From: Phoronis australis
Taxonomy: Eukaryota > Animalia > Phoronida
Reading direction: 5' to 3'
Assembly: GCA_002633005.1 (NCBI GenBank)
Contig: NMRA01000638.1
Span: 172,693 to 236,692, forward strand
Length of the DNA: 64,000 nucleotides
The notes below the pieces were generated by a model, which saw only the letters and a program-made list of their open reading frames with translations, was not told the origin of the DNA and made no database searches. Position numbers and translations under genes: made by a program. Shown one piece after another: positions 12,701 through 25,097 of the stretch (its first letter is position 1; every line of letters starts with the position of its first letter).

Positions 12701-15003
12701 TCAAGCTGTGTTGTTTAATGACTATAAATATACAGCATACCAAAGCACAATCAATTACACTGAGCATTATTTACACTTCACTTACCTTCAGCATCTAACA
12801 GCTTGGTCACACCAAACTCTTTTTCTGCTGTGTCAAATGCTAGCTCCAAGTTCTGTCTGGCTGTGTTGCTGCGCACTAGCCTGTAGTCTATGGCATCAGG
12901 TCTGCAATAAAAAGCAATAAACATTTGCTACACAAACCAATAAAAACATTTCATAGTGTAACAAAACATAAGGTATAGCACCAAACTAATTCTTACTATG
13001 TTTTGACGTTATATGCCATTTCACGAAATTCTGAAAACTGGTGGGGATTTACATCGATGTCAGAAGACCTTGAGAAAAGGGCAAATTGCAATTATTTTTA
13101 ACCGAAATTGTAGACATTTTACCGTTCCTGTGTTTTGATGGCTCAATTTTGCATTAATCAGAAAAAAATATTTCCAATTCTGAGGTAAGACGAAAGAACA
13201 GTTTTTGTTTTCCACTGGCAACTATGTCAGGGACAGGGTGGCATACTAATAGCAAGCTAAGCCATCTGAGACTTGTTCGGTCTTAATTTGAAGTAGCAGG
13301 TTTTTGAGCTTCCAACTTGATGCTCAATATTTAACCATTACAACAACAGCAATGGCAAGAAAAACTACAAAAACCACAGTAATTTGAAGGAACTGTTTAG
13401 TTGAAATCGAGAAGAGAATTCCTTAACACATCTCAAATTATTAGCGGATGCTTTAATATCAAATACATAATTTTATTTTAGGCAGTACATTACTACTTGT
13501 CTATTCAAAGTGTGATGCCCTGCTTCCACAAAACTAATGGTGACTTAACATTTTGAATTCCTGAAGTTACTAACATATGAAGTTGTCTTGCATAACCTAA
13601 AACTTATCTCCACTTACAATGTTATTAAATCAAAAGGTGTGTCTAATGATTACAAGATTTCGAAATTAAAAATGTACAGGTATAAATTAGGTCATGAAAT
13701 AATCACACAACATAACCACCTAAGTGTATGCCCGAAGTCAACAAAAACTAGATTTACATGGTTTGGCGCCACAAGCCTCTTATCTATCAATAACTATAAT
13801 TTTGTATAAATAATACCACATGAACCAGACAGAAGCATGTACCAAGACAGAACTTGACTGTTAATATACACTTCACCTGCATGTGGCCCACACTTGCTAA
13901 CTAGTCTCATCATTCATACAAACAGAATAAGATTGTTTGTTAATTTAACAGAATTTTTTTTTTTAAGTAACCATACAAAAGTGGCTTCAACCAACCACAG
14001 AACATCTTGCATTTGTATCACATTTTGTGGTCAACATTAGCCATTTCTCTCATTTATTCAACAATCCAGATTCCATCAATGTTTGGCAAATATTTGTTGA
14101 GGGTGTGCACATCAAAACTAAGTGCTGATAATAGTTCTCACGACAGTGACACAAATGACCAAGAATGCCTTGTCACCAAACTTATCAGAAAACCCCAAGT
14201 TATGCATTAAAGTCTTGGAAGATAAGCCACAAATTAAGCCCACAAAATATGGTGGTGGTTTGAACCAGTTATTAATGGAAACCAACCAACCGTCACTGGG
14301 AGATCTTCGACTCCGCGAAGAAGGGGGGGGGTTAACCACAATTTGGGGAAGAAAATGGCCAGTACCAAACCTAAAAGCAAATGCTGGAGGCACATATTTT
14401 GTTGAATCTGTGGGAGAAAACAACCAGACCCCAAAAATCCTCCTTGTAAAGAAAACACACGTTAGAACAGGATAAACACAATGACCAAGCCTGGCAGACC
14501 AAATAACCAGATATGAAAATGCCAAAACTCAAACTTTGGCTGATGACTAATAACAGACTACAGTGTAAAGTCATAGTCCCAATTCACACTGTTTTTCATG
14601 TTCCATAAGTTCTTTTCCCACTAAAAGTCCACCTCATTTTGCCTAGTGTAATTGAATACATAGCTCACAATATGTCTCCCTAAACGAAGGACCTCTACAA
14701 AATTTTCCATGAGTTCATTTTCCATGAGTTTTATTTGCAGGAGCTCGACAAATAGCTTGTGTATTGTGGAAGACCAAAAACGAGATTACGGTATGCCTAC
14801 AAACCAACACGCGCAGTACGATATCGAGCTGCTTACCTGTTTTTGTGCAATATTGAGCAGAAGGCCTTGCCATCTCGCCAACTCGTTGAAAAGTCGTTGA
14901 TCTTGACATCAGGGTAGCCATCGCACATCTGTCGACTCCACAACAATAACGCCTCCTTGGCCGTAAGCTCTTCTGTCTGGCCTGCCACAACCACATCGGA
15001 GAT
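657..15003 (-). CDS. shot: Spectraplakin (Short stop/dystonin/MACF1/plectin-like), partial multi-exon gene: CH2 domain plus N-terminal plakin domain; continues beyond the left edge
   Basis: Exons 14837-15003, 12786-12901, 9765-9871, 8667-8786, 7929-8158, 6891-7148, 6352-6556, 5458-5667, 4562-4723 and 2858-2962 all have AG/GT boundaries and matching phases. Family motifs recognised: TAKEALLLW, FSTSWRDGKAF, DVPMPDEKSILTYVSSLYD, RLERLQRLA, EYGSDL, ELMWLNEREEAEISRDWS, HPASRTIE. The symbol is a family-level assignment. Confidence 0.93.
2368..2529 (-). CDS. shot: Duplicate of the NTANRR exon (probably the other allele; LEGAN instead of LEEAN)
   Basis: Near-identical to 4562-4723 with intact splice sites; lies in the N-joined duplication. 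Confidence 0.6.
2858..2962 (-). CDS. shot: Spectraplakin exon (SLMCDMESRETQFNTVQDQGEALVMERHPASRTIE), copy 1
   Basis: CTTCAG|AGC ... GAG|GTGAGG, 105 nt, phase 0 to 0. Confidence 0.88.
4562..4723 (-). CDS. shot: Spectraplakin exon (NTANRRLKS...ELMWLNEREEAEISRDWS...ERYYQ), copy 1
   Basis: GCACAG|AAT ... CAG|GTTGGT, 162 nt, phase 0 to 0. Confidence 0.92.
4865..5110 (+). mobile_element. Penelope-like retroelement remnant (GIY-YIG endonuclease C-terminus)
   Basis: Frameshifted NYIG followed by RVKDH...AVIQEH...H...FSIL...WKRMVREASEI...PSLNRDPG, the typical end of a Penelope ORF. Confidence 0.8.
5458..5667 (-). CDS. shot: Spectraplakin exon (NSLEVAEYGSDLHSAQ...KLEMAYSLLT)
   Basis: ACCCAG|AAT ... 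ACT|GTAAGT, 210 nt, phase 0 to 0. Confidence 0.92.
6352..6556 (-). CDS. shot: Spectraplakin exon (VNTLYQKW...FKQLQDCLTWIEMKQ)
   Basis: CTTCCAG|A ... CAG|GTGAGT, 205 nt, phase 2 to 0. Confidence 0.92.
6891..7148 (-). CDS. shot: Spectraplakin exon (LERLQRLAEKVHHD...DGRYAQSELLHKR)
   Basis: GTGCAG|G ... AG|GTAGGT, 258 nt, phase 2 to 2. Confidence 0.93.
7781..7952. repeat. 4 x 43-bp tandem repeat straddling an exon/intron junction
   Basis: Unit cctggttcctacaacatacctactgatctc... starts at 7781, 7824, 7867 and 7910. Confidence 0.92.
7929..8158 (-). CDS. shot: Spectraplakin exon (TLLAEFNHFRIKEIPP...ERDMAIQAEITR)
   Basis: TTCTAG|ACG ... AG|GTATGT, 230 nt, phase 0 to 2. Confidence 0.92.
8667..8786 (-). 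CDS. shot: Spectraplakin exon (ERRVKWEEYRDLAASLLRWIRDSTSMMLDSNFPNTLIEMK)
   Basis: TAACAG|GAG ... AAG|GTATAT, 120 nt, phase 0 to 0. Resembles the first plakin spectrin repeat. Confidence 0.92.
9020..9522. mobile_element. hAT-like MITE, ~500 bp, 6-bp TSD
   Basis: TIR CAGGGCTTGGAAT...ATTCCAAGCCCTG, flanked by taggat on both sides; subterminal cgcggaa repeats. Confidence 0.85.
9765..9871 (-). CDS. shot: Spectraplakin exon, end of CH2 (DIDVPMPDEKSILTYVSSLYDVFPEIPSAQQSVADN)
   Basis: TTCCCAG|AT ... AAC|GTAAGT, 107 nt, phase 1 to 0. Contains the PDEKS..TYVS signature. Confidence 0.95.
10310..10636 (+). repeat. Two tandem units with a (GAT/GAC)n tract; third copy at ~12297-12445
   Basis: gacacttggcgaaattaac.gaaaagacgacg...gatgatgacgaagatgac...aacattca...ctacagtcttg recurs three times. 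Confidence 0.8.
10738..11583 (+). mobile_element. Helentron-associated (HINE/DINE-1/pearl-like) non-autonomous element
   Basis: 5' acaagag plus hairpin caacgc/gcgttg and subTIR atgcgcc; diverged tandem core units; (GGAC)n microsatellite; 3' stem-loop tgcgtccacatataaatatgtgggcgca; A-rich flank. Confidence 0.75.
12786..12901 (-). CDS. shot: Spectraplakin exon, CH2 (PDAIDYRLVRSNTARQNLELAFDTAEKEFGVTKLLDAE)
   Basis: TTGCAG|A ... G|GTAAGT, 116 nt, phase 2 to 1. Not in the ORF track; translated by hand. Confidence 0.95.
14837..15003 (-). CDS. shot: Spectraplakin exon, first CH2 exon (ISDVVVAGQTEELTAKEALLLWSRQMCDGYPDVKINDFSTSWRDGKAFCSILHKNR)
   Basis: Acceptor TCTTCAG|ATC (phase 0), donor AG|GTAAGC (phase 2), 167 nt. 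ISD is the conserved start of the CH1-CH2 linker in plakins. Confidence 0.95.
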
Positions 15004-15022
15004 CTGAAGATACAAGATACTG

Positions 15023-15195
15023 GTCAGTGGTATATTGGTGATAGGGATCATAATACGAAACAGTAGTGCAATTGTGATATGGGTTACAATAAGTAACAGT
15101 AATATAATTGTGACATGGGTTATTAATTGAAATAGTAGTGTTATGGTGATATGGATTATAGGTTGAAACAGTAGTATAATAGTATGTGGATTAAA
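15023..15195. repeat. Degenerate 36-bp tandem repeat (~5 units) just upstream of the CH2 acceptor
   Basis: Units like aacagtagtgcaattgtgatatgggtta with 36-nt period. Confidence 0.75.
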
Positions 15196-15394
15196 ATAAG
15201 AAACAATAGTATTTGAGATCAGAGAACAAAAGGTGCTGTACACATTGAGGATCTGATAATATGATATCTGTTAAACTTAAGAAATGGTAGTGTGCACATC
15301 AAAAAGGCATTTCCCACTGGCTCCAAAGCCCAGGTGTTGCCAAGGTGGATTTGACAGCTAAGCATTGACGTTTTGTCACAATCTGAATACTTAA

Positions 15395-16406
15395 AGGAGA
15401 ATGCCACCATAAAAGAACATAATTTGTATCAATTTACATCCAGTAGTTCCACTCGATATCAGCAAGGTCAGTTCTTTTACCTGACACCAGACGGCTAACG
15501 AAGGTGCTGAAATCAACCAATGATATCACAGGTTCTAACACAGTCTGCTCAGCAGTTCAGAAGATGCTTACTGGTGTCAGCTTATCGCTTGAATTCATCA
15601 CTATACACCAATAAATCATCAAAATTCTGTGCAAAACCTTTACAAATACATTGAGTGTTTAAACAAATGAGTCCTTTTGTTCCGCTAATAAGGATTTAAA
15701 GAAATTTTGAACGTACCGTAACCTACAACGTGTGGTATGCCAACTTACTGAGGTCGGTCGTGGGAAGTTTGGAGTCTGCTCGGTGATAACTTAGAATTTT
15801 TTCCTCCAAGAAATACAGGCAGGAGAGCATAGCCGTATGTTGTAATTTTAGACTTGTGAATTTTTTGTTCTAAACACAAAACGTTCGTTATAATCCAGAG
15901 GCTTGTAACCAGATCCCGCCCGTCGCGGCCGGACTGGAGACATTACGAACATAAACCAGCTGGGTTAAGTCGGCTGCGAAAGTTGAAAATTAAACTTCCA
16001 GTCACGAAAAGACTAGACTAGTGAACCAGAGAAATGATGTGAATATTTTGGTGAGTTCGCAACGAAATTGCAAATCTCATACTTGGTATTAACGGCGTAC
16101 TTTTCATTCTTTACTGCCGGGAACCACTTCCACAGCATTTCGGGTTCTCGAGGAAATCAAGAAAAAAAAACAATATACCCGCTTTCCTCACAGCTTCATG
16201 GTTCGCACAAGCAGGAATGATATGCTACACCATAGCGGCACACACTCAGCTGAAGAACCACTGACATCGCTGCTTCATGTACTCACTTTCCTCACAAGTT
16301 CACACAACACCTTTCGGTGAGGTGAGATCAAATGTATACTAGGTGACATAGATATGAACCGATTAAGAGGGTAACAAAAACAAATTAAATCTGGTGGCAT
16401 TCTCCT
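15395..16406. mobile_element. Kolobok-like non-autonomous DNA transposon, ~1.0 kb
   Basis: Perfect 15-bp TIR AGGAGAATGCCACCA, TTAA on both sides, purine-purine termini. Confidence 0.85.
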
Positions 16407-16779
16407 TTAACTTTGATGCTATCGAGTTATCAGCAGGGGTCAATGCCTGCATTTGCAAACAGCGAGTGGTGACTGGTTATTATTTGTTAATATTTTGTTC
16501 TAATCATAATTATTTTGGCGGTATAAGCATTCTGTTTCAAATTATTATTCGATGGATACTTTATATTAAGCTGAAGCTGATGGGAACACTAACGCTTAAC
16601 TTTGAGATTAAGTAGCGAAGTTAACTGCATGGGAAAAGGCCTAAAGATCTATGTACAATGGAATCCGAAGACAGTAGAAAAATTATAGGAACTACAATGG
16701 AAACCAGACGATAGCAGTATGGAGCAGTGCTCATTACTCAAAATTACCATCAATGAGCTAGAGTTAGAAAAGTGACATA

Positions 16780-18243
16780 CCGTATTCGCCCTAATAACCG
16801 TCCAGGGCGCTTAGAAAAATTTGTTTCAGGGGCGCTTATTGTAACCCAAGACAGTTGAAACACGGTCTTCGAAACGGGTGAAATCAGAAGCTAAGATTCA
16901 TTATATTTACGCTCTGTGACGTATCTGCAACCTATGACAGACTTTCCACAAAATTATGGTGCATTGCTATCAAACTTTTCTGTTAAGTTACGATTATTTT
17001 ACAGTAATGTGTGGTGAAATCCCAGTGAGTGACTGCCTCACAATCGTCCACATGGCAACTTGAATGCTTGAATAAAAATACAGTTTTGACTCAAGCAAAT
17101 TACATGAAATCCTCCTTAAGGTTTCCAACTAGCGTCCCTAAGATTTTTAAGTTACCGTGGAGTCGGGATTAACGCCAGGTTAAATTATCTGTGCTACATC
17201 ATGCCATCTAAGATCGGCAACATGAGAAAAGTCTCTGGACAAACACACATGTTGTTGTCATATGAGTAAGCGAGTGCGTGCATGTCACCAGAGTTCATTT
17301 GCCAGAGTAAACACAATCTAACAAGCAAGATGTGCATTGTATCCAAAGAAATTAGCACAAACAGTAGGCCTAAAGCACGTGTTTCATTCAGCACTTGCCA
17401 GTCTCGTGCCAATAACGTTCCACATTATTTGTTTCGGTAAGNGCCCATATTAGTCACCATGTGGCTGGATGCCTACGTGACTATCTTGACAGTTATTTTT
17501 CGGTGTAAGGGTGAGTAAGCATTCTCTGTCAGTTGTCATTTTATCAGATATTTGGCTTTAAAAACACGAGTTATGATTAATCAAACAATCCTCTTAAAAA
17601 TAACGCAAACATTTTTATAGTAACAGAAACTGTCGGAAATTAGTGCCAATACTCATTTCTTGCAGATGCTATGCTACCAGTTACATGAATGGTTAGTTCC
17701 TGGCTAAGGTCTTTCTTTGATGACAGGTACATGTATGTAGCCCATGCTTCCTGGCCATGTGCTATTACCAGAAATATCTAAAATACAATCCCGTTGACAA
17801 GTATGCTACATCTGTTCTGAAAGGCAAGACCATAGTAGGACACATTCCAGTAAGATCAGCAAAACTTAAGTGTGCTTTTCTCTCAAGAAACTTGCTCTAC
17901 TGAAGGCATGTCTATCTGGAAGAATATCTTAGTTCCAAGACAAGACGAGCAGCAACCGAGGTACATAAAAACCATCGGGATCATGACGTCACCGTATCGT
18001 GTGCGCTATTCCACTTCAGCCCGTTGAAGTCCCTTACTTCAATCCACCGACTCATATTTTAACTGACGTGCTTGAAGTCCGACATCAGTGTAGCTCCGTG
18101 AGGATAAAATCGGTCCTTTCTGCAGTAAGCAGCCACTCCTGACTTTTCAAAAATTTAACTGCCCGTGCTCGGCTTACCGCTCACCCCCTATTTTTATAGA
18201 TTCCCAATTTAAGCGCCCTGGGTGGTAACCCGGACGAGTACGG
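16780..18243. mobile_element. Tc2/pogo-like non-autonomous element (CCGTA termini, TA TSD)
   Basis: ta|CCGTATTCGCCCTAATAACCGTCCAGGGCGCTTA ... TAAGCGCCCTGGGTGGTAACCCGGACGAGTACGG|ta. Internal sequence is shared with 28650-29435 and 51383-52944. Confidence 0.85.
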
Positions 18244-21200
18244 TACTCTGTACTAGACACTGAGAGATGGTTCATCCGTCAAGAATTGTTTATAAGATAT
18301 TTTTGGTGAGCTTTCGCATTCTACGCCTCTTGAAATTTGTGTTTTTTGGTGGAGCCTAGCATTTTTTTGATATGGTGAGTAAGCCTTTCTTAAACAATTA
18401 ACACAAACCAAATAGAGTTCATAGATCTACTCAACTGGAAAATTCATAGCGGCTAACTTTCCAGTTTGAAGTTTGCAATCGTAGCTTGACTTACTAGCGC
18501 AGCTACAAAAGACCTTAAGTGCTTATTGTTCTTTTGATTAAAACATTAACTATCCAATAACCTTCTTGGGAAAACCCAGAAAGGTCTCAGGAACTAAAGA
18601 CAAATTGGTACCCTCAAAAGAGCAGGGTGATGTGTAAAATGGACTAAACATATGGCATCATTCATCTTGCTAGAGCTATGCTAGAGGTTCTAATTAACAC
18701 CTGCTAATCACATATCAGAGAGGGCAGCCTTATCTTTTACAATATACATAGACAGGCTTTGGTCCTTCTGTAATGGGCCCAGTAACAGGTCACCAACTGT
18801 ATGATAAGACAGATAGCATAGAGTAACAAGAGCAACACAGATCCTTGAAATACACCCATCACAGCAATGCAAACAGTGTGGTTCTAAGAGTTATTTATTA
18901 GTGTCAAAAATAGTGGCATTGAATAATAGGCCATAGTCCATTCGACTCTAGGAAGCCTAGAAAATCACTTCCATGGCCACTTTTTGGGGGCAAGATAATT
19001 TTGGTGTTTTTAAGGTCATTAAGTACTACTAAGTCGATTTGCCGAAGCTGAGAAAAAGCCGATTAAACTGGGACGAATGAAAAACTCTTCGCTTAATTAT
19101 TCTGTATTTCGTTCAATATAACCTATACATGCCTAAACCATGATAGCTATTTCAACATTCACTCACAATGTCAATTGAATTTGAAGTGCATAATTAACTA
19201 AATTATCATTAAAACATACCGTCCCCAGCCACGAGCACGGATCAACTCTTGTTGATGTTTGACCTACTTAAAAGTAGGCCACAGTTCATTGTTATATACC
19301 GTACACAGTCTGTACACAGTCTGTACACGTCAAGTGCCGGGAGAATGACACGAAACCAAGTAAGAAATGGATAACAAAAATCGAGTCGGTGCTTAAAGCA
19401 TGTCGTTAGCATGAAATCGAAACAGTGAAATGTCAACTTACTTCTTGAATTAAGGATTATGGGTGAGGATTTAACTCTTTTCACAATTAACTTGCTGTAT
19501 TCATGACCACAGCGGCGAGAGGTGACTCCTAGCATTCATTCTCAACAGTTGTATACATGGAGACGCAAACTCACTCAGGATCAAAACTACGTTTTGTATT
19601 TGTTTTCCGCGGCACCGTTCTATCATAAGTACACCTGGTTGACTCAGTGTCATGGCGACTTGGTGAATGAAAGCACTGAGGGTACATACAAAGCTGCTCT
19701 GTACCTGGCAGGATATTCGATTTGAGTGACAGCCCTGTAACGTTTGACTTCCGATAAGTTGTAAACAAATATTCACCCATTATATATTTCGTATTTGAAG
19801 TTCGCCAAGAAGGAAGATAAGGTATTTTGCTAGACACATGCAATATTGTAAAAACGGACAATTTTTGTGAATAAGGTTTGAGATAACCTAACTTCGGTTG
19901 TTACTCTGCAAGTGAAACTTCGTTTAAAATAGTAGCAAAGTTTCGGTACTCACCAGTCAAAGCGAAGCTTTGTCAAAGTTATTGGTAAAGGCCGCGAAAC
20001 TAATATACGACGATGCGAGACTCGCAAAATGTGTTCTTTGTTATTGTAGCGTAGCCGACGTGCTCTCAATAGGCACACGTAAATAAATAAAAGAAAGCAT
20101 ATCTGATGAAGAATAACTCTGATCATTTTCATAAACACTCGTAAATGGCAGGAAAACAATTTGCAGTTAATCTCGAACCCACTACTCAATATTCGTCTGA
20201 TAGTACGAATGAACAGCGTCATATGATATCTTGGTGATAACTTCGATATCGCTCCTTAAGTGAGAAAGGTAAGTGAAATTTCGTGAAGCTTCGGTAAACT
20301 GAAGTTCCCCTAATAGGAAAGTACTTTTATATGACAGTGTTTATACCAATTCATATCTCAATGTGTGCATATGCATGGAAACTAGAGCAGTGGGACTACC
20401 TCAGGTCTAACCAGAAAGGGCAGTACCAGTAAAGTTAATGAACACATGTCTAAATATACAGTAACTATAATACAGTCTACAACTGCCAAAAGAATTTGAC
20501 TACCTGGCTTTGCATCTCTTGATCACAGACCTCGAAGTTTCTAGTCCATTTGTTAAACTGAATTGTCAGTTGAATTTTAGTTTTCCTGTGTGCAGACATC
20601 AATCATGTCCAATTCACCCTAATCAAATTGTAAACCCAGCCAGGTCACCAAGCCAATTCAACAAGTTCTATGAATGGAAGTAAATTCTTTCAGCCTACTA
20701 TAATGGATATGCTCTAGCTGTCACAAGTATTTGGATGATCACACAGCTACACATTGAAGAGTAACATCAATATCATTACTTGTCATCACACAGTAGATCC
20801 ATTCATCCAGGTAGATATATCAGTGTGAGCCATCATTTTCACCTGCCTGAACATCTACAGGTGTGTTTATACATGCAAGACATTGCTGCAGTTAGTTGAC
20901 TGATCACAGTGTGTCCGCACACGGCCAAGAAATAATTGAGCATCAGTTATCAAACAGTCAGATTTACGCAACAAAGGAGTTCATGAGCTGAAGTTGATCT
21001 GCAAACTAACTGTAATCCAAGTCATTGCTCCACCACACCTGAGCCTGCTGAGAGATCACTGGGCCAAAATGACAACTGAGAATCCTTCAACAAGTTGATC
21101 TCATTCTTCCAAGAGTTCAGTTAAGGCTGAGTAACTCAGGTGTCTAATAAATGTCACTGATGACATACTCGAGCATGTTAACAATGAGATTTTTAAGGCC

Positions 21201-24144
21201 TTCAAGAGGATGCCAAAGCAGGTCTAATCTAGACAGCAAAGCACTTCAAACTTAACTTAATAAATTGCAGCAGTCCCACCATGTTCAACCAGGACATTTA
21301 TCATCTAACATTAGCATAAGTAAAACCTGCTTCAATAATATTATGCAACTCAAAAGCAATAAGTTTCATCAATTTAGGGTCACTTGATCACCAGCTATTT
21401 TTAAAATGTTTGAAATCAAATCCCTTGAGCAAACAAAACACTAACTCTTGAGTTAAAAGGTTACAAATCCAGGACACAATCCTTTTAGTAAACATGCATG
21501 GGAGAGATTGCAATATGGTGGCTCCACTGCAGGAAGAATGGCTACAACTTCACCTTAAGTTTGTAAAGATAAAATCGGCAAATAAAAATGGCAAACACAG
21601 ATTTTAGTTCAATGACCGATTAGAATTCCAAGTATTGCTTGTCGAATAGAGATTAAAGTGAAAAAAGAAACTGTTGCACCTAAGCTAAAAATAAATCAAA
21701 GCTTGCTAATTGGAATCTGAAAATGATTGCAAGAAATTGTGGTGTGGAGATAACCTGTGGCAGAAAAGCCATAAAGGCAACAATTCGGGAGGGGGGACTT
21801 CATCTACAGCACAGGTGACATTTTTTTACTTAAGCATTTTTCATAAACTCAGCAGTTATACCATTTCCAAGTTCTATGCCATAGCTACCAATAGGCAATG
21901 TTTTGAGGAACTATGGGAAACTTTTTAAAACAATGTTAGAAACCTTTGAAAAATGAAAATAGGTCAATTTTGCTTAATAAATCACCTACGATAAAATCTT
22001 TCAATGTTCTGAGCTAAGTCGAACCTAAACAATGCCACCATCTCCTCTGGCCCCAGTAGAGACGGTGAAACTCCTGTAGCATCCGGAAGCTTTTCTATGA
22101 ATTACGTCTCACACTGATTAAAACATCAAAGTCCTATTTTTACACTGTACGCGCAAGGAGTGTGCGCAGTGTAAAAATGACCAGTTGCCGATTTGGACAA
22201 CTGAATAAAGGACTGCTTGAAAAAAGTTGGAATACGGGAGAATTTGTTTGAGTTGGAAGGAATTAAAGACATCGACAGCCTCCTAAGGCGTCCCTCTGTG
22301 TACAAAAAGCACTTATAGTTTCACAGTCTCTACTAAGGCCAGTCAAGATGGTGGCACTGTCTAAGTACAATCCAGGAGTAAAGGACAGTTTTAAAATTTT
22401 GTTCTTGGGCAGTCATTTTATTCCTTGGAAGCCTTTACCATACTCAAACATACTTGGTGTGAGGAAGACCCAAAGCAACATCACATTTATGGTCCACCAA
22501 CTGACAGCTCAATAATAATCTATGTAGATAATGTCCCAACATTACATCATGAACAAACACTGAACAAGCTGAGCTGCTCAATAGGTTTAATTACAACAAG
22601 TGTGTTCTCAGGATATCCACAGGTAGAGGTGATAGCCATTGGTCAGAGTGCACAATGACCACTACATGGTAAATCAATCAGTGATAAAGCTGTCACTTCA
22701 TTATGAAAGCACCACTACTGGGAAGTTCTCAAGCACCTGCCAGGGTGTTCCATCGAAATTGGAATCCCGGTGTAAAACAGATATCCCATAGTTGAAAACA
22801 GACTCCTGCACCTTCAAAACAGCTAACCAGCCCAAAAAACACCAACCCCGACAATCGGGGACAGAAACACCCCTCCTGCACTTTCTGTCAAACATTGTTT
22901 ATCTCAAGAAAATAGTACCTTTAAAGTGCTTCGTGTACAAACAACATGTATAAATTTCGCATTTTAATATAAAAAAACAAATCTTACTTTAAATAGTTGT
23001 TGTGATATGCTGTTTTATTATACGAGAATTTTATACAACTTATGACCAATCTCTAACGAAAAAGTGTTGATTCTTAAGAACCCGGTTTAATCACAGACAT
23101 GTACAGTGTTCCAGACAGAGTGAACAATAAGAAATCGCATGTGCTGGTTTGGTGGACGATTTGCCAGATTGAATTTGATATCTTTCAGTTGTCTTTAAAG
23201 TATTCTGTATGGGTTTTCTTTATAAATGTTGTAGGATTGGAATTTCCCGTTTTTCAAAGTAAGCGCTAACAATGCTTGAAAGTTGGTACATTTGTTTGGC
23301 GTTTTGGGCCCAATTCCCCAGTTGAAAGTCTGATCAATTTCGACTTGTTTTGGATCTGGGTGGGCATACATGTTCATAGTCACAGTCACTAACCAAAGGC
23401 GAAGGCAAAGGCTACAAAATCACACCACAACGGTCACAGAATCCAGTGAAATGATCCATCAAAAAGAGTGTAGATGCTTTGAGTTTAGAAATTCTGATTC
23501 CAAATTCCATTTAAAAGATCGATGAGGAGTTGAGATACACTTTTTGAGGGCAAGAACGGCGAAATCGGTGATGGAGCAGGTCCTTTGAGTGAACAATTCT
23601 AGTGGTCCATTTCAAAATCTGGAAATTGATTGTGACGGAAATAATGTACTCTCAACAATTAAATCGACTAACCCTAAAATGCGGCCAATTGCAAAGATAT
23701 TTAAAGGAATTAATCAACATTTTTGTTTCTGATTTTTGAAAATATTTTTGGAGAAACTATTGAATAATCTAAAATTTGCTAACTATTCACCGAGACCACG
23801 TGTTGAGAGTATAGATTATGTTGAAATTCGCCCACAGACAAGTTGCACGAGTACTGATAATCAAATAACAAAGTTAATGTAAATTACGTTCGATTATCCA
23901 CAATTTTTAACAAACAAATGCAACAAACATCTGGAAAGTACTTCAAGATGCTTTAAATCAAAGTTTGAAACTACTGACATCATCTCAGAAAATTTTAAAA
24001 ACTGTCCAGGTTTCCAGTCCAATCCCCAGAGGGTTCCCGTTTTAAAGGTTGAGGTTTGTGTTTTAAAGTGGAACTTGTATGCTATTTCCTTATCTCTATG
24101 CTTTCTTGGTCAAATTAGTTAGAAACACAAGATACAGCGACAAT

Positions 24145-25097
24145 TAGGGCTTTATCCAGGATTTCGAAAATAGGGTGTCCAAAATGGCGTTCCCAATATT
24201 CCACAGCATCCATGATTCCAACGTTGCATTACCCCTACATTTCACCAGTAATCCTCCCCGCTCATACAGTGAGGTTTTTACAAAAACGTGTAAACCAAGG
24301 CTTTCAGAAAAAGAGCTCCCCTATAGTGAGCTTTTTAGTAAAAACAGTGGGTGGACCAAAACTCCTACGTCTAAATTTATGAAAACAGTCAAGTAGCTTA
24401 CCAAACAAACATTTCAGATATTGGTTGAACAATGAGTGCACTGTGTTTTAGGTGATCTCAAATCAAATTGCTGTTATAAAGTTTATCATATCATTTTAGC
24501 TAGCTTTTATATTTTGTACAATAAGTCATCAGAGCTACAGTTATCAACACAAGAAAAAAGCACAGATGATTGTATTTTGGAAACAGGTGTCTCTGCTCCT
24601 CCGGTAAAACATTAAAACGCACTTTGAAAAGCATGAAAGGGGTGCAAACTGAAAAATTTTAAATAAGCATATTCTTGTGGCACAATATAATATTAAACTA
24701 ATGACATTTATTTCGCTTTGGTGTTTTTAAAAAAGATGTAAAACATGAAGCAGCTCTGAAATACCAGTTTGGAGTTAACCAAGGTCCATGCACTTATATT
24801 AAGTACAGAAATACTGTTTGAGACAAGACTACTGAAAGCAGAGTCTTCAGTGGAAGGCACTTTAGCAAACAAACATCTACTAATGATTGACAGGTCTGCT
24901 CAATAGTTTGAACATTATAACATTTTATATACTGTATTGTTCAAAGGGCCAACACTTCTCTCTTCAACTATCTGGGAGTCCTAGTGATCCTAAAATGTGG
25001 GTATCCAAACTGGAGAAATTCTGATGACAGTGGGCTGCCAAATGATACATAGGGTGTCTTGGCCAGGGCGTCCTGATTAGTGCTGGATGAAGACCTG
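24145..25097. mobile_element. hAT-like non-autonomous element, ~950 bp, 8-bp TSD
   Basis: TAGGGCTTTATCCAG ... CTGGATGAAGACCTG, flanked by gcgacaat and gcgacaac. Confidence 0.75.

Noticed and set aside
14118-14574. Overlapping ORFs on both strands in the intron after the first CH2 exon
   Set aside because: The flanking CH2 exons already join in frame, and no family was recognised.
15004-15243. Hydrophobic ORF extension upstream of the CH2 exon that looks like a transmembrane leader (as in BPAG1a2)
   Set aside because: It starts at GTG and is the translation of a degenerate 36-bp AT-rich tandem repeat. A good acceptor at 15004-15005 explains the exon start.
20400-20447. MCSLTLLVLPFLVRPE followed by GAG|GTAGTC in phase 0
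   Set aside because: Very short with a weak donor. It illustrates the chance background for such mini-ORFs.
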